A stretch of DNA of 64,000 bases from Eledone cirrhosa. Its lineage: Eukaryota. Positions 25,401 through 40,000 of the stretch are shown piece by piece. Made by a program: the position numbers and the translations under genes. The notes under the pieces are model-generated. The model did not search any database. It was not told the origin of the DNA and saw nothing but the letters and a program-made list of their open reading frames with translations. Every line of letters begins with the position of its first letter. Position 1 is the first letter of the stretch. The stretch covers positions 81,096,001-81,160,000 of the forward strand of contig OZ024745.1 of assembly GCA_964016885.1 (NCBI GenBank), written 5' to 3'.

Positions 25401-28400
25401 TATATAATGAAAACGATTGAAAATTGGTATAATCAACCAAAAGAGGGTCACTGATAACAAAAATGTCAATATCGTCAGGAATAAAATCATTCACACTGAT
25501 AGAGAAATACAATCTTGATATTGTTATCAATAATAAGCAGGATACTTATCAACAGAGCAACGCCTCTATGAAAATCACAAAAAAAGCTGAACAAGTATAA
25601 ATATCTGGGGATCGAAATCAACAGGGTGTGGAATATGACCACTGGAATAATTTCAGTGGTCACTGGAACTCTAGAACTAAAAACTAAGGGAATTGTAAAG
25701 TTCCCTAATCATATTCAAAGCAGCATCAATCAACATTTATATAATCCAGAAGAATCCCTTACAGGGAGCAGTCTCCATACTACAGAGAGTATGTATGTAT
25801 CAGGTCGTAGCTCCTGGTGGACTTGTTGTAGTGGCATTCAGAATTTCTGGGGCATTTTTTAAACCTGGTGAAACCCATCTCCCCTCTGGGGTCTGAATAC
25901 AGCAGATTTGTGTGTATGTGTGAGAGAGAGAGAGAGAGAGGGGGGGGGGGTAGTGAGAAAGAGATATAGAGGAAGAATTGATCCCAATACTTGACTGGTA
26001 CTTTTATCAACCTCAAAAAGATAAAAAAGTTGACCTCAGCAGTATTTAAACTCAGAGCACAGAGAGTCGGAACATTCTAGATTAAACACACTGCACCATC
26101 TTTGAAAAGGATCCATTGGACAATGTGATCCTAGGTTTTTGCTTCAAAGAAAAATAGATGGCCTGGCCATGGATGGAATATCTCTGATCACATGTCTGTT
26201 GAATCAGAACTGGCCTGGAGCTAAATAACAATCTTCCATAAAATACAGATGAAATCAATACTTCACACTTCACTCGCCTCTTTAAGTAAGGCTTGCCAAG
26301 AGATGTGCTTCACATTTCACTCTCCTCTTCAAGTGAGGCTTGTCAAGAGATGAAAATCACTGACCTGAAACCTTTTAAACTAAATTTACCATACAACATC
26401 CTTTGCCATAGATACCAGGCAAAGAAAGACTAAGCTGGGCTGTTTGGCTAAAGATAGGTGGTAGGTAAATCTTTGCAACAGATATGATTGATAACTGGAT
26501 CCATCCTATATATGACAGCAGCTCTTGACACAAGCCCACATTGGCAATGTACAGACACTGAACAAGTGCAAGCAGAATGATTTCATCACCCTGCACACAT
26601 AGCAAACAAATTCAGTTGCTTGCTTGTTTCAAACAAGCAATGGGGTTCTCTTCCCCAAAGCACTGCCAGGCCAAGGACTTTTGGAAATTGTCCATAATCC
26701 TGACTTGAAAGTCTCCTAGGAGTGACTGCTTGTCTTGAATTGTCCCTAAGCAATCACTGCTCATACTCTCTGCTTCTCTCTGGGTTTAGCTTTTTGATGG
26801 ACTACATGGGTCTGAAGAAATGTAAAGTGGATACATTTTTAATTTTAAAATAGTGTTTTGTTTGAAAGCTACTATAATGTGAATTATATGGTAAATGTTA
26901 AAAATATGATAACAATGATGTTCGGAGGTTGCCTTGCAGTTCTTAATAGGTCCTTATATATTTCATGATAAAATCCCTTCATCAAAAGGTAAACAGAAGA
27001 AACTAGTTTGTATATTTTTTGTCGCAAGCAAACAACAATACTATTTTAATTTTAAGATGATAATTGATTTCTTTTTAAAGTTTAGAAAACAAAGGTCAGT
27101 TACTTGTAATAAGAAGTTATAAAAGAAATGTTTCATTACTTTTTTCATGCTTTCTTGATTATTCATTATTATGTATTTTGTAATTATATAAATAATAAGT
27201 ATATTGGTCTAAAATAAATAATTGTTTAACATATGCATCATTGTCATCATTGTTTTTACATCTATTTTTCCACGCTTGCATGGGTTGGATGGGTCCTTTT
27301 CAGCACAGCATCTCTCCACTCACTGCATTCCTTTACCATCATCTCTGTGAATCTTAGCAATTTGATATCAGTTCTCACCACCTCTGCCCAGGTCTTCCTT
27401 GGTCTACCTCTACTGCAGCTTTCTTCCACTGGGATTTCCTGGCTCTTCTTCACTCAGTAATCATCATCCATGTGCATCACATGCCCATACCAATGCAGTC
27501 TTCTCTCTTGCACACCACTTCGGATTCCTCCTAAATCCATTTTCTCCCTCACTTCATCCAAGCTTTGCCTTTCTCTCACATTTACATTGCACATCCAGCA
27601 AAGCATGATTGCTTCATTTCTCTCTAGCCTATGCAGGTCCTCTGCAGTCACTGCCCATGTTCCACTATCATGCATGTATATATTATGTTTAACATAAAAA
27701 TATTTATACCTGTGGAACCTGGACTTGGAGAAAAGAAGACATTAAAAAACTTATTGAATACAACTGTCTGAGGAGTATGGAAGACAAGATGTTCAGAGAT
27801 AGAGTCAGAATGGCTGATTTCCACAGGACTCTTGGAGTGAACTCTTTTTACTCTATATTTCCTTATTCTTTTTTTTTTGTTTTATTTCCTTTTCTTTTTT
27901 TATTATTGCCATTATTATAGTTGTCATTACTCAAATAAAAAGGCGACTAAACTGGTTTGGGCATGTCATGAGGAGAGGAGATGTTAGAAAGTCCTATAAG
28001 TATGAATTTTCTGGGAAAAGGTAACAGGGTAGACCTCTCAAGAGATGAAAAGGTCCAATTTGAAAGGACGCTGGAATACCTCTGCTCACACTGGAAAGGA
28101 TTGTTCTGGACAAGAAGAAGTGGAAGGATTTTGTGGCCATGACGTGTGCAAGGATCCTGTCGGGATTATGCAATTGAAAGATAGAGACAGATTTAACATA
28201 AAAATGTTTATGTTAAAGATAAAAATCAATTAAAATGATGCTGTTCTATATTTTAAAACGGTTAAATTATAACTATTTAAAAGAAAAATATCAACAAGAC
28301 TGTTAAACCCTGTGTGAGCATTCATCTGTCAGGAGGGTTATTTTTTTCTTCTGTACTTTGCATTTTCTCAGTGCATGTAAAGTTTTTCAGGGTTTATTTC

Positions 28401-31400
28401 CCTTCTACTCCATCTATAGGACTTTGTATGAATGAGCACATCCTGGTGACTTTTTCCAATCCATTTCTTGATTTTAATTTAACAGTATTCATCACACTAA
28501 ATCCATAATCAACACTTGATGCTTGAAAAGTTGTAATTATAGCAGGAAGTTGAGAGATAACTAAAAATAATCTTTGAAATGTTTTCAAGGTTTTTTGTTT
28601 GACGTTTTGGGGATATTAAATATTTGAAGTTACATTAAATATTTGAAGTTATATTGAATATTTGAAGTTATATTTAATATTTGAAGTTATATTGAAGCAC
28701 ACTGATGTTTTTTTCCATCAAATTTAATGATCTAGTTGTCTTTTTCAATTAAATATATTATATAGATGCAATGAAAAGTGAAAGAAATTCCTTCTGAAAT
28801 TCCTTAGAAAAAGGAAACTCAAAGCTGGCTACCCTTCAAGCTGATTTGCAGGAAATCATTGCTTCAAATTCTTACATAACAAAGTAACAAAATTTAAAAG
28901 ATCCTATGACTCCTTTGCTTTTGAACTGAGCTTCTCCAGATAACATTTCCCCCAAGGTATTGCAATTTTTTTTTTACTTTCTCTTGTCACTGGCCATGAT
29001 CAGGGTAAAATTTGTTTTTTCGTTAGAATTTATATAATTGGTCCAGCACCAGAGCAGTCAATCAACATGATTGTGAGTGAAAAGTGAAAGGCAGAGATGA
29101 ATGTGTGGGGGAGACAGCGTGAGGGAATGGTATGAAAAGGAATAATGGAGAGAAAAAGAGGAAACTACTTGATTGGTATAGGAAATATGATTTCCCTAAA
29201 AAAATCAGATGATTTCTTATAGATGATTTCAATATAAATTGTTTAGCAGAATTAACAGGTAGTTGTAATAAAAAAAAAGCATAATTATTGCACACTGATG
29301 CACATGCATCTGGTTGTAGGTAAGGTGTGTATCTTACTTTGGTCTTGGGTATATACTGAAATAATGTCAGGTTGCTTTTGAGCACTACTGGTAACATGTA
29401 ACCCAGTACAATCTGTCACATGGTTGGGTTGTCAGTGACTAAACTGACAATCCCATCAAGATTGCTTGGAGAGGAAGATGATATTTGGATACCCTGCAGG
29501 ATGAAAAACACAACTGGTCAAAGGAACTCAGGAAAGTCAAAGGCAATTCAACATGAGTAGACAGAGCTTGTTAACCTTGGTTGGGAATCTGTCTACGTGA
29601 AGAATCACTGATTTCAAAATTGGTGTAGATGGGACTCCTTAGTCACCTTGGTGACAACCTTTCAAGTGGCCAACATCTTCATCCTTTGATGAAGTCAGAT
29701 GAGCTATGGCTCGGTAGCCAGTTTCTGAGTAATGGACGGATTGAGGATTCTGGACCCACCAGCATCACTTTTTTCTTGGTGAAAATTATGGACATACAGC
29801 ATCATAGAGATATGGATTGGTGCAGCTGTCCATGGTCCCCAACCCTTAGCAAAGAGGATGGGAGAGACCAGAACATATACAGAAACTAAGGAAGAAAAAT
29901 AAAAGATGGTAACACTTACAAAAGTTTTTGTCGCTTTATTTAGAAGTTCATTCCCACAAGTTTCAATATCTAAAATAAAATAAAAGAATATGGAATATAT
30001 CAGTGATAGAGACTAAAAAAGAAAAATGAAATAAGAATAAATAACGATTTAGATAGAATGAATCTAAAACTACTTAGAAACTATAATAGTCTTAATGATT
30101 GATGGTTATTATATATGGATGCCGGTGGTGGATTGGCAGTATCGGTAGAGGGTCGGACGCCATGCTTTGCAGCAAAGAGTTACGGTCCTTTATGGTCTGA
30201 GTTCAAATCCCACCGAGGTTAACTTTGCCTTTCATCCTTACGGGGTCGATAAAATAAAGTACCAGTAATACACTGGGATAATTGCTGGCCTTGTACCAAA
30301 AGTAGAAACAATTATATATGGACGCCATCCACATAGACAACAGCTAAGTCACAGCTAACACATTGTAGTCATTAAGAAAACTTTAACCCTTTAGCATTTA
30401 CATTACTCTATATTTACTATTGTATTTCTACAGCTGGATGCCCTTCCTAATGCCAACCACATTTACAGTGTGTGGTGGGAGATTTTTGTCATGATTCCTA
30501 TACAATCACTTTACAGTGTGGGCTGGGTGCTTTTTGTCGTGACAACTACACGACCACTTTACAGTGTGGGTTGGATAGTTTTTGTTGTGATACCAACACA
30601 ACTTTACAGTGTAAGAGTGGTATGAATAGAAATGGTTGGGTGGGTGTTGGGTTGTGGGAGGTGTATAGTGTTTATGCAGTGCCTACTAGATGTAGGTTTC
30701 AGACCGTGTGCATAGGAGGGAAGGTCTTCTGCATAATGCCAAATATCTCACTCTTGTGTTACTGTCTTTGAGAGGTGCAATCCAGAAACTCTTTGGCATT
30801 ATTTGTTTCAATGTAGAAACTATCAGTCTGAGAGTGAGGTCATGCTTAAACCAATCTTTAAAAAGCTACCAAGATTAGAAGTTCAATTTATTACAGGTCT
30901 ACCAAATATATGGAGGTGCCACAGCAAAAAAGCACCCAGCACTCACTGTAAATGAGGTTGGTTTTAGGAAGGGCACCCAGCTGTAGAAATCAAGTCAGAA
31001 TCAGTCCCTGTATGGAGCAAGACAAGGTCAGCCGACCGGACACTGCCCACAACAGGACAACCCATCTAACCCATGCTAACGTGGAAGAATGGACGTAAAA
31101 CGGTGATGATGATGATATATAGACACACACACACACTATATATATATAATTTCTTTAGTCATAATCCCACCCAACATCGAAATAGAAATAAACGAATACA
31201 ACTAATCAAAACCAACCAAGACCCACCACGTGAAATAGAATTATTTAGCTACAAAATACAACATTTAACACAATTAACTAATCATCTGAAACTAATTCAA
31301 CATTATATATTGTAGACGAAATACAAACAATTAATGTAGACAATATGTTATTCTCGCCATATTACATTCACATTAAACATACTTTAACCCTTTAGCATTT

Positions 31401-32625
31401 ACATTATTCTATATTTACTGTTGCATTTTTGTGGTAAAGGCTGTATCTCACATATCGAATCTATGAGATTTTGATATTATCTATTTTGAGAACAATGCCT
31501 TATCATCTGTATGAGAGGCTGGTTGGGGCTAGTTTGAACAGGAAGAGGTGAGAGAATTCTGGCTGGATATGGCCTGTTTAAATCCTAAAGAGTTAAAAAC
31601 CAAAAAAGCATTCAACTGATTTCTCAATAAAAACCTCAGCTATATTGACACAACACCACCTAATCCTATTAAGAGAGAAAACCTTCATATGAAAAACCTG
31701 AAAAGAAATTAACTTACGTTTGTAATGCTCCTCAGCGTCCTTGTAAACCTATTGGTAAACAAATCATATATTATTGAGTTAATGCTTATTTATTTAATCA
31801 ATTTAAATATCTGTATAGAGCTGGTAAGCCATGACTGACTAGATATCTCACACTATGAGTACTGATTATAATTACAGCCTCTATTTAATATAAAGTAAAT
31901 CTCACATTAAGACGGTGAATTAGCAGAATCATTAGAACGTCAGATAGAATACTTTACAGTATTCATTACGACTCTCTGTGCTCTGAGTTCAAATCCCACC
32001 GGGGTGAATTGTGTTGCCATTCACCCTTTTAAGGTTGATGAAAAAAGTATCAATCCTATATGTGAAGGCGCATGGCTTAGTGGTTAGAGCATTGGGCTTC
32101 CAATCAAAAGGTTGTGAGTTCAATTCTCGGCCCGGGTGATGTGTTGTTTCCTTGAGCAAGACACTTCCTAACACCAACCTCACTGTAAATGAGGTTGGTG
32201 TTAGGAAGGGCACCCAGCTGTAGAAATCAAGCCAGAATCAGTTCCCGTGTCAGCTGACCGGACACTGCCCACAACAGGACAACCCGTCTAACCCATGTTA
32301 GCGTGGAAGAACGGACGTAAAACGTGATGATGATGATGATTCAATATGTCAAGAAATACTAACCATATTGATAGAAGTTCCAGGGATAACATCATGGAAT
32401 TGATTCAAAAGTAATAACTTCCAAAGCTTTGCAATTTCTTCTTGAGGATATATAAATTCCTTTGACAACATTGCCATAGTACTCATGACCTCCACATTAT
32501 AAAGTAAGAATTCACACTTCCGATTATACATTTTCATCTAAAAAGAAAAAAGTAATGTATCAATGTTTGTAAGCTAAGTCACATGATGGAGTTAGGATGT
32601 TGGAAAAATAATAAGTGGAAGTGTG

Positions 32626-32686
<61 letters not shown>

Positions 32687-32742
32687 TAATTAACTGGTAC
32701 TTTGTTTCTCAAATACATAAAGATGAAAACAAAACAGTCTAT

Positions 32743-32779
<37 letters not shown>

Positions 32780-35700
32780 TTGAAAGGAGTTTCACAGAAA
32801 GAGGTAACACAAATATAAGCACATCTTGTCTGGTAGCAACTTTGCTATGGGTGCTGTAGGCATGCTTAATCAATTAGAGTGTTAGGCTTAATCCTTCACT
32901 TAGTTCAATACCACTACTCAGCCCTTGGGTGGCTTTAGTGAAATTCATTCTGAAACAAATAAGTGTGCCGGATCTTTGGCTTCAGGTTAACATCTTTCCT
33001 TCTCACCAGTCTTGTAGCCTCACAAACAGCTATGGACACTGCCCTTCTTTTTTTGACTAAAATAGTAACTTAATAAATAAAATAAAAAAATGTATAGATA
33101 AAATTAATTGAGGTAGCCAGGATAGGTGATACAATAATTAAAATCAGACTAGTAATAGGCAATGTGACAGCTACCAAGCTCTCTGTTTATATCTAACAAG
33201 TGGCACTGGCAGATAGAGAATTAAATTATTTATTAAGAGCCTTGTGTAGGCTACAGAAAGAATTGAAGACAGCCATATTGTCATCATAGAGATTTTAAGA
33301 GTAATAGTGAGAAACACCAGGACTCGTACACAACTAAGCTTGTTGGGTTTGTCCCCCCATACAATAACAAATGAAGAGTTCTCTGTTAAAATGACCATAA
33401 AATTTGAAATGAACTTCAGAAAGCTAGTTAACAAACTGGTCACTTACCATTATGTCTGATAAAAAGATGGGATGGTCACAGCTAGAAAGTCTTTTCAATC
33501 AGGGCTTATCTGGAGCTAAGCAATAACATATGAAACATCTTTCCTTAGTCCTCTCTGTAGAATCTTTAACCATCTATACTTCCTCTAACAAACGGATAGT
33601 CAAACGTTTTCTGATACCTAGGCGATCTAATTAGCAGTGGAGGAGCATGCTATGAGAACATAGCAGCTAGAATAAAGGCAGGACAGAAGAGGTTTAGGGA
33701 GCTACTCTCACTGTTGACAACAAAAGGTTTACCCCTATGTACAACAAAACGACCTTATGATGCCTGTGTGTGAAACGCAATGTTGCATGGTAGTGAAACA
33801 TGGGCAGTAAATGTAGAGAATATGGAAAGGCTGGAGGAAAATGAAGCAGCCATGCTCCATTAAATGTGCATTGTAAAAAGCAGAGCTTGGATGAACTGAG
33901 GGAAAAACTGGATTTAAGAGGAATTAAAAATGGTGTACAAGAGAGAAGGTTATGCTGATGTATGTACCATGTATCGATGATGATATGGACATGTAACATG
34001 TATCGATGGGTGAAGAGCCAAGAAATCCTAGAGGAAGACCAAGGAAAACTTGGGAGGAGATGGTGAGAGAGGAACTCAGATCACTGAAATTCACAGGAGA
34101 TGACAAAGGAATGAGATGAGTGGAAAGAGGCTGTGCTAAAAAGAACTCATCCAACCCATGCAAGCATTGAAAAGTGGATGCAATGATGATGGTGATGATT
34201 ATCAATATCTTTACTTAACTATCCTTATCGTTTGGTTTAGGAAAGCCAGAAAAGTTTTGCAGGAATAGAGTAACTAAAAGATAATAAAGTAACAGGGTAT
34301 TATTATTTCTGAAATAAAGATGGGGCTGGCAGCAAGGAGATATTAATAATTGTGTAAGATTAATAAGGTTAATATACAATTTAAATTTGTTCAGGTTAGT
34401 TTTGTGGGGGAAAAGGTTTTTAAGTATTGTAGTTCTGTGGAGGAATGGCTGACTGGTGTGTGGGGAAGAAGGGAGTTACAGTATAAATGCTAGGAAATGT
34501 AATATGTCCAATGGATAGGTTTTGATGGAAGAGAGTTTAGAGGAGCAGAGGCTGTCTCAGAGTGAAAGATAGGACATACGATCAACAATATACTACAGCT
34601 GTCTCAGATTGTTTCATTCACCTAATCAATATCAGAGATCAGTTTCCAGGGCCCACTATGAAGAAGTCAACAAATTTGGGGTCTCAGGCATTGCACATGT
34701 ACCTCTTCATAGAGAAGATGACACACATAGATTGGTAACCAAGGCCTCAATAGACCCAAGTCATCTGCTCCATGAGATGGCTGATACTGGATTCTCAGAT
34801 ACTAGATCAACACTGACCTATCTCTTGTCATGCAACAAAGCAGTGAAACTCAGATTTCAACATGCTTCAGACGTGGAGAGCTAGCTGGCAACAGACATCT
34901 CTACCCACTCAATTGAATGTCAACCCCAATACAACCCTCTCTCCAGGTGCTAATCCCGCTATTTTAGTCTTGAAGATGTACAATGGGTATATTTTTGAAT
35001 TTATATCCAGATTTGAAAATTTTAAATAAAAAAGTAAAAGTTTTAAAAGACTAATGGCTTCTATAGACTGGTGCTTAGCTGAGGTTTCATGCTACAACAC
35101 TGGATGGAATGCTAATCTTTTATATGTGATATTCTCTAATGATGTAGTAATAACTTAGGTCAACTGAGGCACATATCTATGTCAATTCAGGCATATATAA
35201 TTAAATGCAATGTACACAACAAAATGCAGGGCAATCAATTTCAACTAAATTTTTAAAAATAAGTGATCCAGAGTCTTTTAATAAGCAATCCAGTGTCTTT
35301 TGATAGATGATCCAATACCCTTTAATAAGCAATCCAGTGTCTTTTAATAAGTGATCCAGAGTATTTTAATAAGTGATCCAGAGTCTTTTAATAAGTGATC
35401 CAGTGTTCTTTAATAAGTGACCCAGTGTCTTTTAATAAGTGATCCAGTGTTCTTTAATAAGTGACCCAGTGTCTTTTAATAAGTGATCCAGTGTTCTTTA
35501 ATAAGTGATCCAGTGTCTTTTAATAAGAAACAGTGTCTTTTAATAAGTGATCCAGTGTCCTTTAATAAGTGATCCAGTGTCTTTTAATAAGAAACAGTGT
35601 CTTTTAATAAGTGATCCAGAGTATTTTAATAAGTGATCCAGAGTCTTTTAATAAGTGATCCAGTGTTCTTTAATAAGTGACCCAGTGTCTTTTAATAAGT

Positions 35701-37000
35701 GATCCAGTGTTCTTTAATAAGTGATCCAGTGTCTTTTAATAAGAAACAGTGTCTTTTAATAAGTGATCCAGTGTCCTTTAATAAGTGATCCAGTATCTTT
35801 TAACAAATGATCCAATACTCTATCCACTTAGACATTTTTCTTCTACAAATCTGACAATTATGGAAAGCTCTACCAAATAATTTTTTTACTAACACCACCC
35901 CTCCATCAGTTATTGACAAGTAACTAGCATAGTAAATATAGGTTAATGTTTTCAACAACTTAACACATTTCCTTGTCTTTCTAAACATAAACTAAGAAGC
36001 TGTTGGAGAGTTCGGTAAACTAAAAAGATGCTGAAGTGATTGGTGAATTATGAAGTTGTTGCAGAGTTCAAAAGTTAAACATGAACTAAGCAGGTGTTGG
36101 AGAGTTTGAATGTTAAAAATATTTTACCTTTGCATGTGTTGTATAAGTTCCATTATGAAGTTCAAGATAAAGTTCTCCTTTCCATTTACACAACATGGAA
36201 GTGTCTTCATAGCTTGCAGCAGCAAAGAATTCTGATGGAGAACTCATGCACACCCTGAAGTTGCATATAAAAGGAGCATAATGTATAAATGTATATGTAT
36301 GTGTAAGAATATATATATATATGTAGGGAAACCTCAATATATTTTGCCCATGATGGTTTTCTTAGCCTACAACACACGACCATGAAAAGACGGATCTGTG
36401 ACCTCAGAGCCAAAACCTAGATAATATTATCTTGTAAGAAGCTCATGGTGCCAGAGTGCCCGATAAGAGATTTTTGACCTCCAGAATAGTCTGTTTTTCG
36501 ACTTTGCAAAATACAGTCTGCTTTCAATTCTGCAACAAACATACTTTGTTTGGTCAACCTCGTGATATAGCCACACACACACTCACAGGCCAGCCTCACA
36601 GGGATGAGCACCAGCTGAGATTGCTACCAATACAAGTCAGTAAATATCACTGCTATGTTATTCTACGTTTGTGCACATAACATACTGCATCTATACTTGC
36701 ATCTTTTTCCATTGGTCATTGTTACATATGATTTTGAAGTAAATCCTGTTACACATAAAAACATTAAAATTAGTGACGTCTTGTTCATTTACTAATTCTT
36801 ATCCATGTGATATCACTTCATACCACAACAAGTACAACTATTTGTTTCCTCAAACATGTCAAAGATCTTTTCACTCACTGGGACATGCTTCAAGCTACTC
36901 ACACACCATCTTCACACTTCATCACTACTATTACAAATGAACAAATCCATCTGGCAACCACATCATCGCTAAATTAACATTTATAGATGTTTACCCTTGC

Positions 37001-37044
<44 letters not shown>

Positions 37045-40000
37045 TGACATATATATATATATATATATTAAGATGACAGATAGAAGTTCTTAAATCATTT
37101 AATCTTTACAATTGTTTTAAGACAAAGTTTTCATTTAACACACAACCAGGCAAAATGTAATCCATAATAATAATAATAGTAATGACAATAATGATAAATA
37201 TAATAATACAACCATGTGGAATAATTTTTATACTTTACACTAGTATTTGTTTAAATAGGGTTGTATCTCATCAGAAGATTAAGAATCAGTGTAAAAAAGC
37301 AAGAACAGTTATAAATTAATATTAACTGCTCTATCATTGTTGAGCTGATTTCAACCGTTTTGGCTGCTATTTCCAGTGTCAATATAAGTATTGTCTAAAT
37401 ACAATAAGTGGGAATTATATGCTGCATCCAGGGTGAAAACCACACTGTTCATCAGCTAGCTTGACTCAACAATACTGCAATTACCCTCCCAAAACTAAAT
37501 AGGAGAATAACGATGACGACGAAGACTATGACAAGAAGACTAAGACGAAGAAGACGAAGACTAAGACGAAGAAAACAAAGACGACTAAGACGAAGAAGAC
37601 GAAGACTAAGACGAAGAAAACAAAGACGACGAAGACGAAGAAGACGAAGACGAAGACTAAGAAGAAGAAGAAGATGGAGACGAAGACGAAGACTAAGACG
37701 AAGAAGAAGATGAAGAAGATGAAGAAGAGGAAGAAGACTAAGAAGACTAAGAAGAGGGAAGAAGACTAAGAAGAGGAAGAAGACTAAGAAGAGGGAAGAA
37801 GACTAAGAAGAGGAAGAAGACGAAGAAAAGGAAGAAGACTAAGAAGACTAAGAAGAGGGAAGAAGACGAAGAAGACTAAGAAGACTAAGAAGACGAAGAA
37901 GACTAAGAAGACTAAGAAGACGAAGAAGCCTAAGAAGCCTAAGAAGCCTAAGAAGATGAAGAAGACTAAGAAGACGAAGAAGCCTAAGAAGCCTAAGAAG
38001 ACGAAGAAGACTAAGAAGACTAAGAAGACTAAGAAGCCTAAGAAGATGAAGAAGACTAAGAAGACTAAGAAAACGAAGAAGACGAAGAAGATGAAGAAGA
38101 CTAAGAAGACGAAGAAGACTAAGAAGACGAAGAAGCCTAAGAAGATGAAGAAGACTAAGAAGACTAAGAAGACTAAGAAGACGAAGAAGCCTAAGAAGAT
38201 GAAGAAGACTAAGAAGACTAAGAAGACGAAGAAGACTAAGAAGACGAAGAAGCCTAAGAAGACTAAGGAGACGAAGAAGACGAAGAAGACTAAGAAGACT
38301 AAGAAGACGAAGAAGACTAAGAAGACTAAGAAGACGAAGAAGACAAAGAAGACTAAGAAGACGAAGAAGACTAAGAAGCCGAAGAAGACTAAGAAGCCTA
38401 AGAAGACGAAGAAGACGAAGAAGACTAAGAAGACGAAGAAGCCTAAGAAGATGAAGAAGACTAAGAAGACGAAGAAGACGAAGAAGACTAAGAAGACTAA
38501 GAAGACTAAGAAGCCTAAGAAGAGGAAGAAGACTAAGAAGACGAAGAAGACGAAGAAGACGAAGAAGACTAAGAAAACTAAGAAGACTAAGAAGACTAAG
38601 AAGACTAAGAAAACTAAGAAGACGAAGAAGACGAAGAAGACTAAGAAGCCTAAGAAGAGGAAGAAGACTAAGAAGACTAAGAAGACGAAGAAGACGAAGA
38701 AGACTAAGAAGACTAAGAAGAGGAAGAAGACTAAGAAGACTAAGAAGACTAAGAAGACGAAGAAGACGAAGAAGACGAAGAAGACGAAGAAGAGGAAGAA
38801 GACTAAGAAGACGAAGAAGAGGAAGAAGACTAAGAAGACGAAGAAGACGAAGAAGAATAAGAAGACGAAGAAGACGAAGAAGACTAAGAAGCCTAAGAAG
38901 ACTAAGAAGCCTAAGAAGACGAAGAAGCCTAAGAAGACGAAGAAGACTAAGAAGCCTAAGAAGAGGAAGAAGACTAAGAAGCCTAAGAAGAGGAAGAAGA
39001 CTAAGAAGCCTAAGAAGAGGAAGAAGACTAAGAAGCCTAAGAAGAGGAAGAAGACTAAGAAGACTAAGAAGACTAAGAAGACTAAGAAGACGAAGAAAAC
39101 TAAGAAGACGAAGAAGACTAAGAAGACTAAGAAGACTAAGAAGACTAAGAAGACGAAGAAGACTAAGAAGACTAAGAAGACTAAGAAGAAGACGAAGATG
39201 ACTAACAAGAAGACGAAGAAGACTAAGAAGACTAAGAAGCCTAAGAAGAGGAAGAAGACTAAGAAGACTAAGAAGACTAAGAAGACTAAGAAGACTAAGA
39301 AGACTAAGAAGACTAAGAAGACTAAGAAGACAAAGAAGACAAAGAAGACAAAGAAGACTAAGAAGACTAAGAAGACGAAGAAGACGAAGGAGACGAAGAA
39401 GACTAAGAAGACTAAGAAGACGAAGAAGACTAAGAAGTCAAAGAAGACGAAGAAGACTAAGAAGATGAAGAAGCCTAAGAAGATGAAGAAGACTAAGAAG
39501 ACGAAGAAGACTAAGAAGACGAAGAAGACTAAGAAGCCTAAGAAGACTAAGAAGCCTAAGAAGATGAAGAAGATGAAGAAGATGAAGAAGACTAAGAAGA
39601 CGAAGAAGACGAAGAAGACTAAGAAGACGAAGAAGACTAAGAAGACGAAGAAGACTAAGAAGACGAAGAAGACTAAGAAGCCTAAGAAGACTAAGAAGCC
39701 TAAGAAGATGAAGAAGACTAAGAAGACTAAGAAGACGAAGAAGACGAAGAAGACTAAGAAGACGAAGAAGACGAAGAAGACTAAGAAGCCTAAGAAGACT
39801 AAGAAGATGAAGAAGACGAAGAAGACGAAGAAGATGAAGAAGATGAAGAAGACGAAGAAGACTAAGAAGCCTAAGAAGAGGAAGAAGACTAAGAAGACGA
39901 AGAAGACGAAGAAGACGAAGAAGACGAAGAAGACGAAGAAGACGAAGAAGACGAAGAAGACTAAGAAGACGAAGAAGACTAAGAAGACGAAGAAGACGAA

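Noticed and set aside
30124-32140. tRNA genes
   Set aside because: A/B boxes continue into SINE bodies with TSDs or tails; no convincing cloverleaf or terminator
35255-35816. Possible CRISPR-like array
   Set aside because: Head-to-tail repeats without unique spacers, eukaryotic intron, no cas genes
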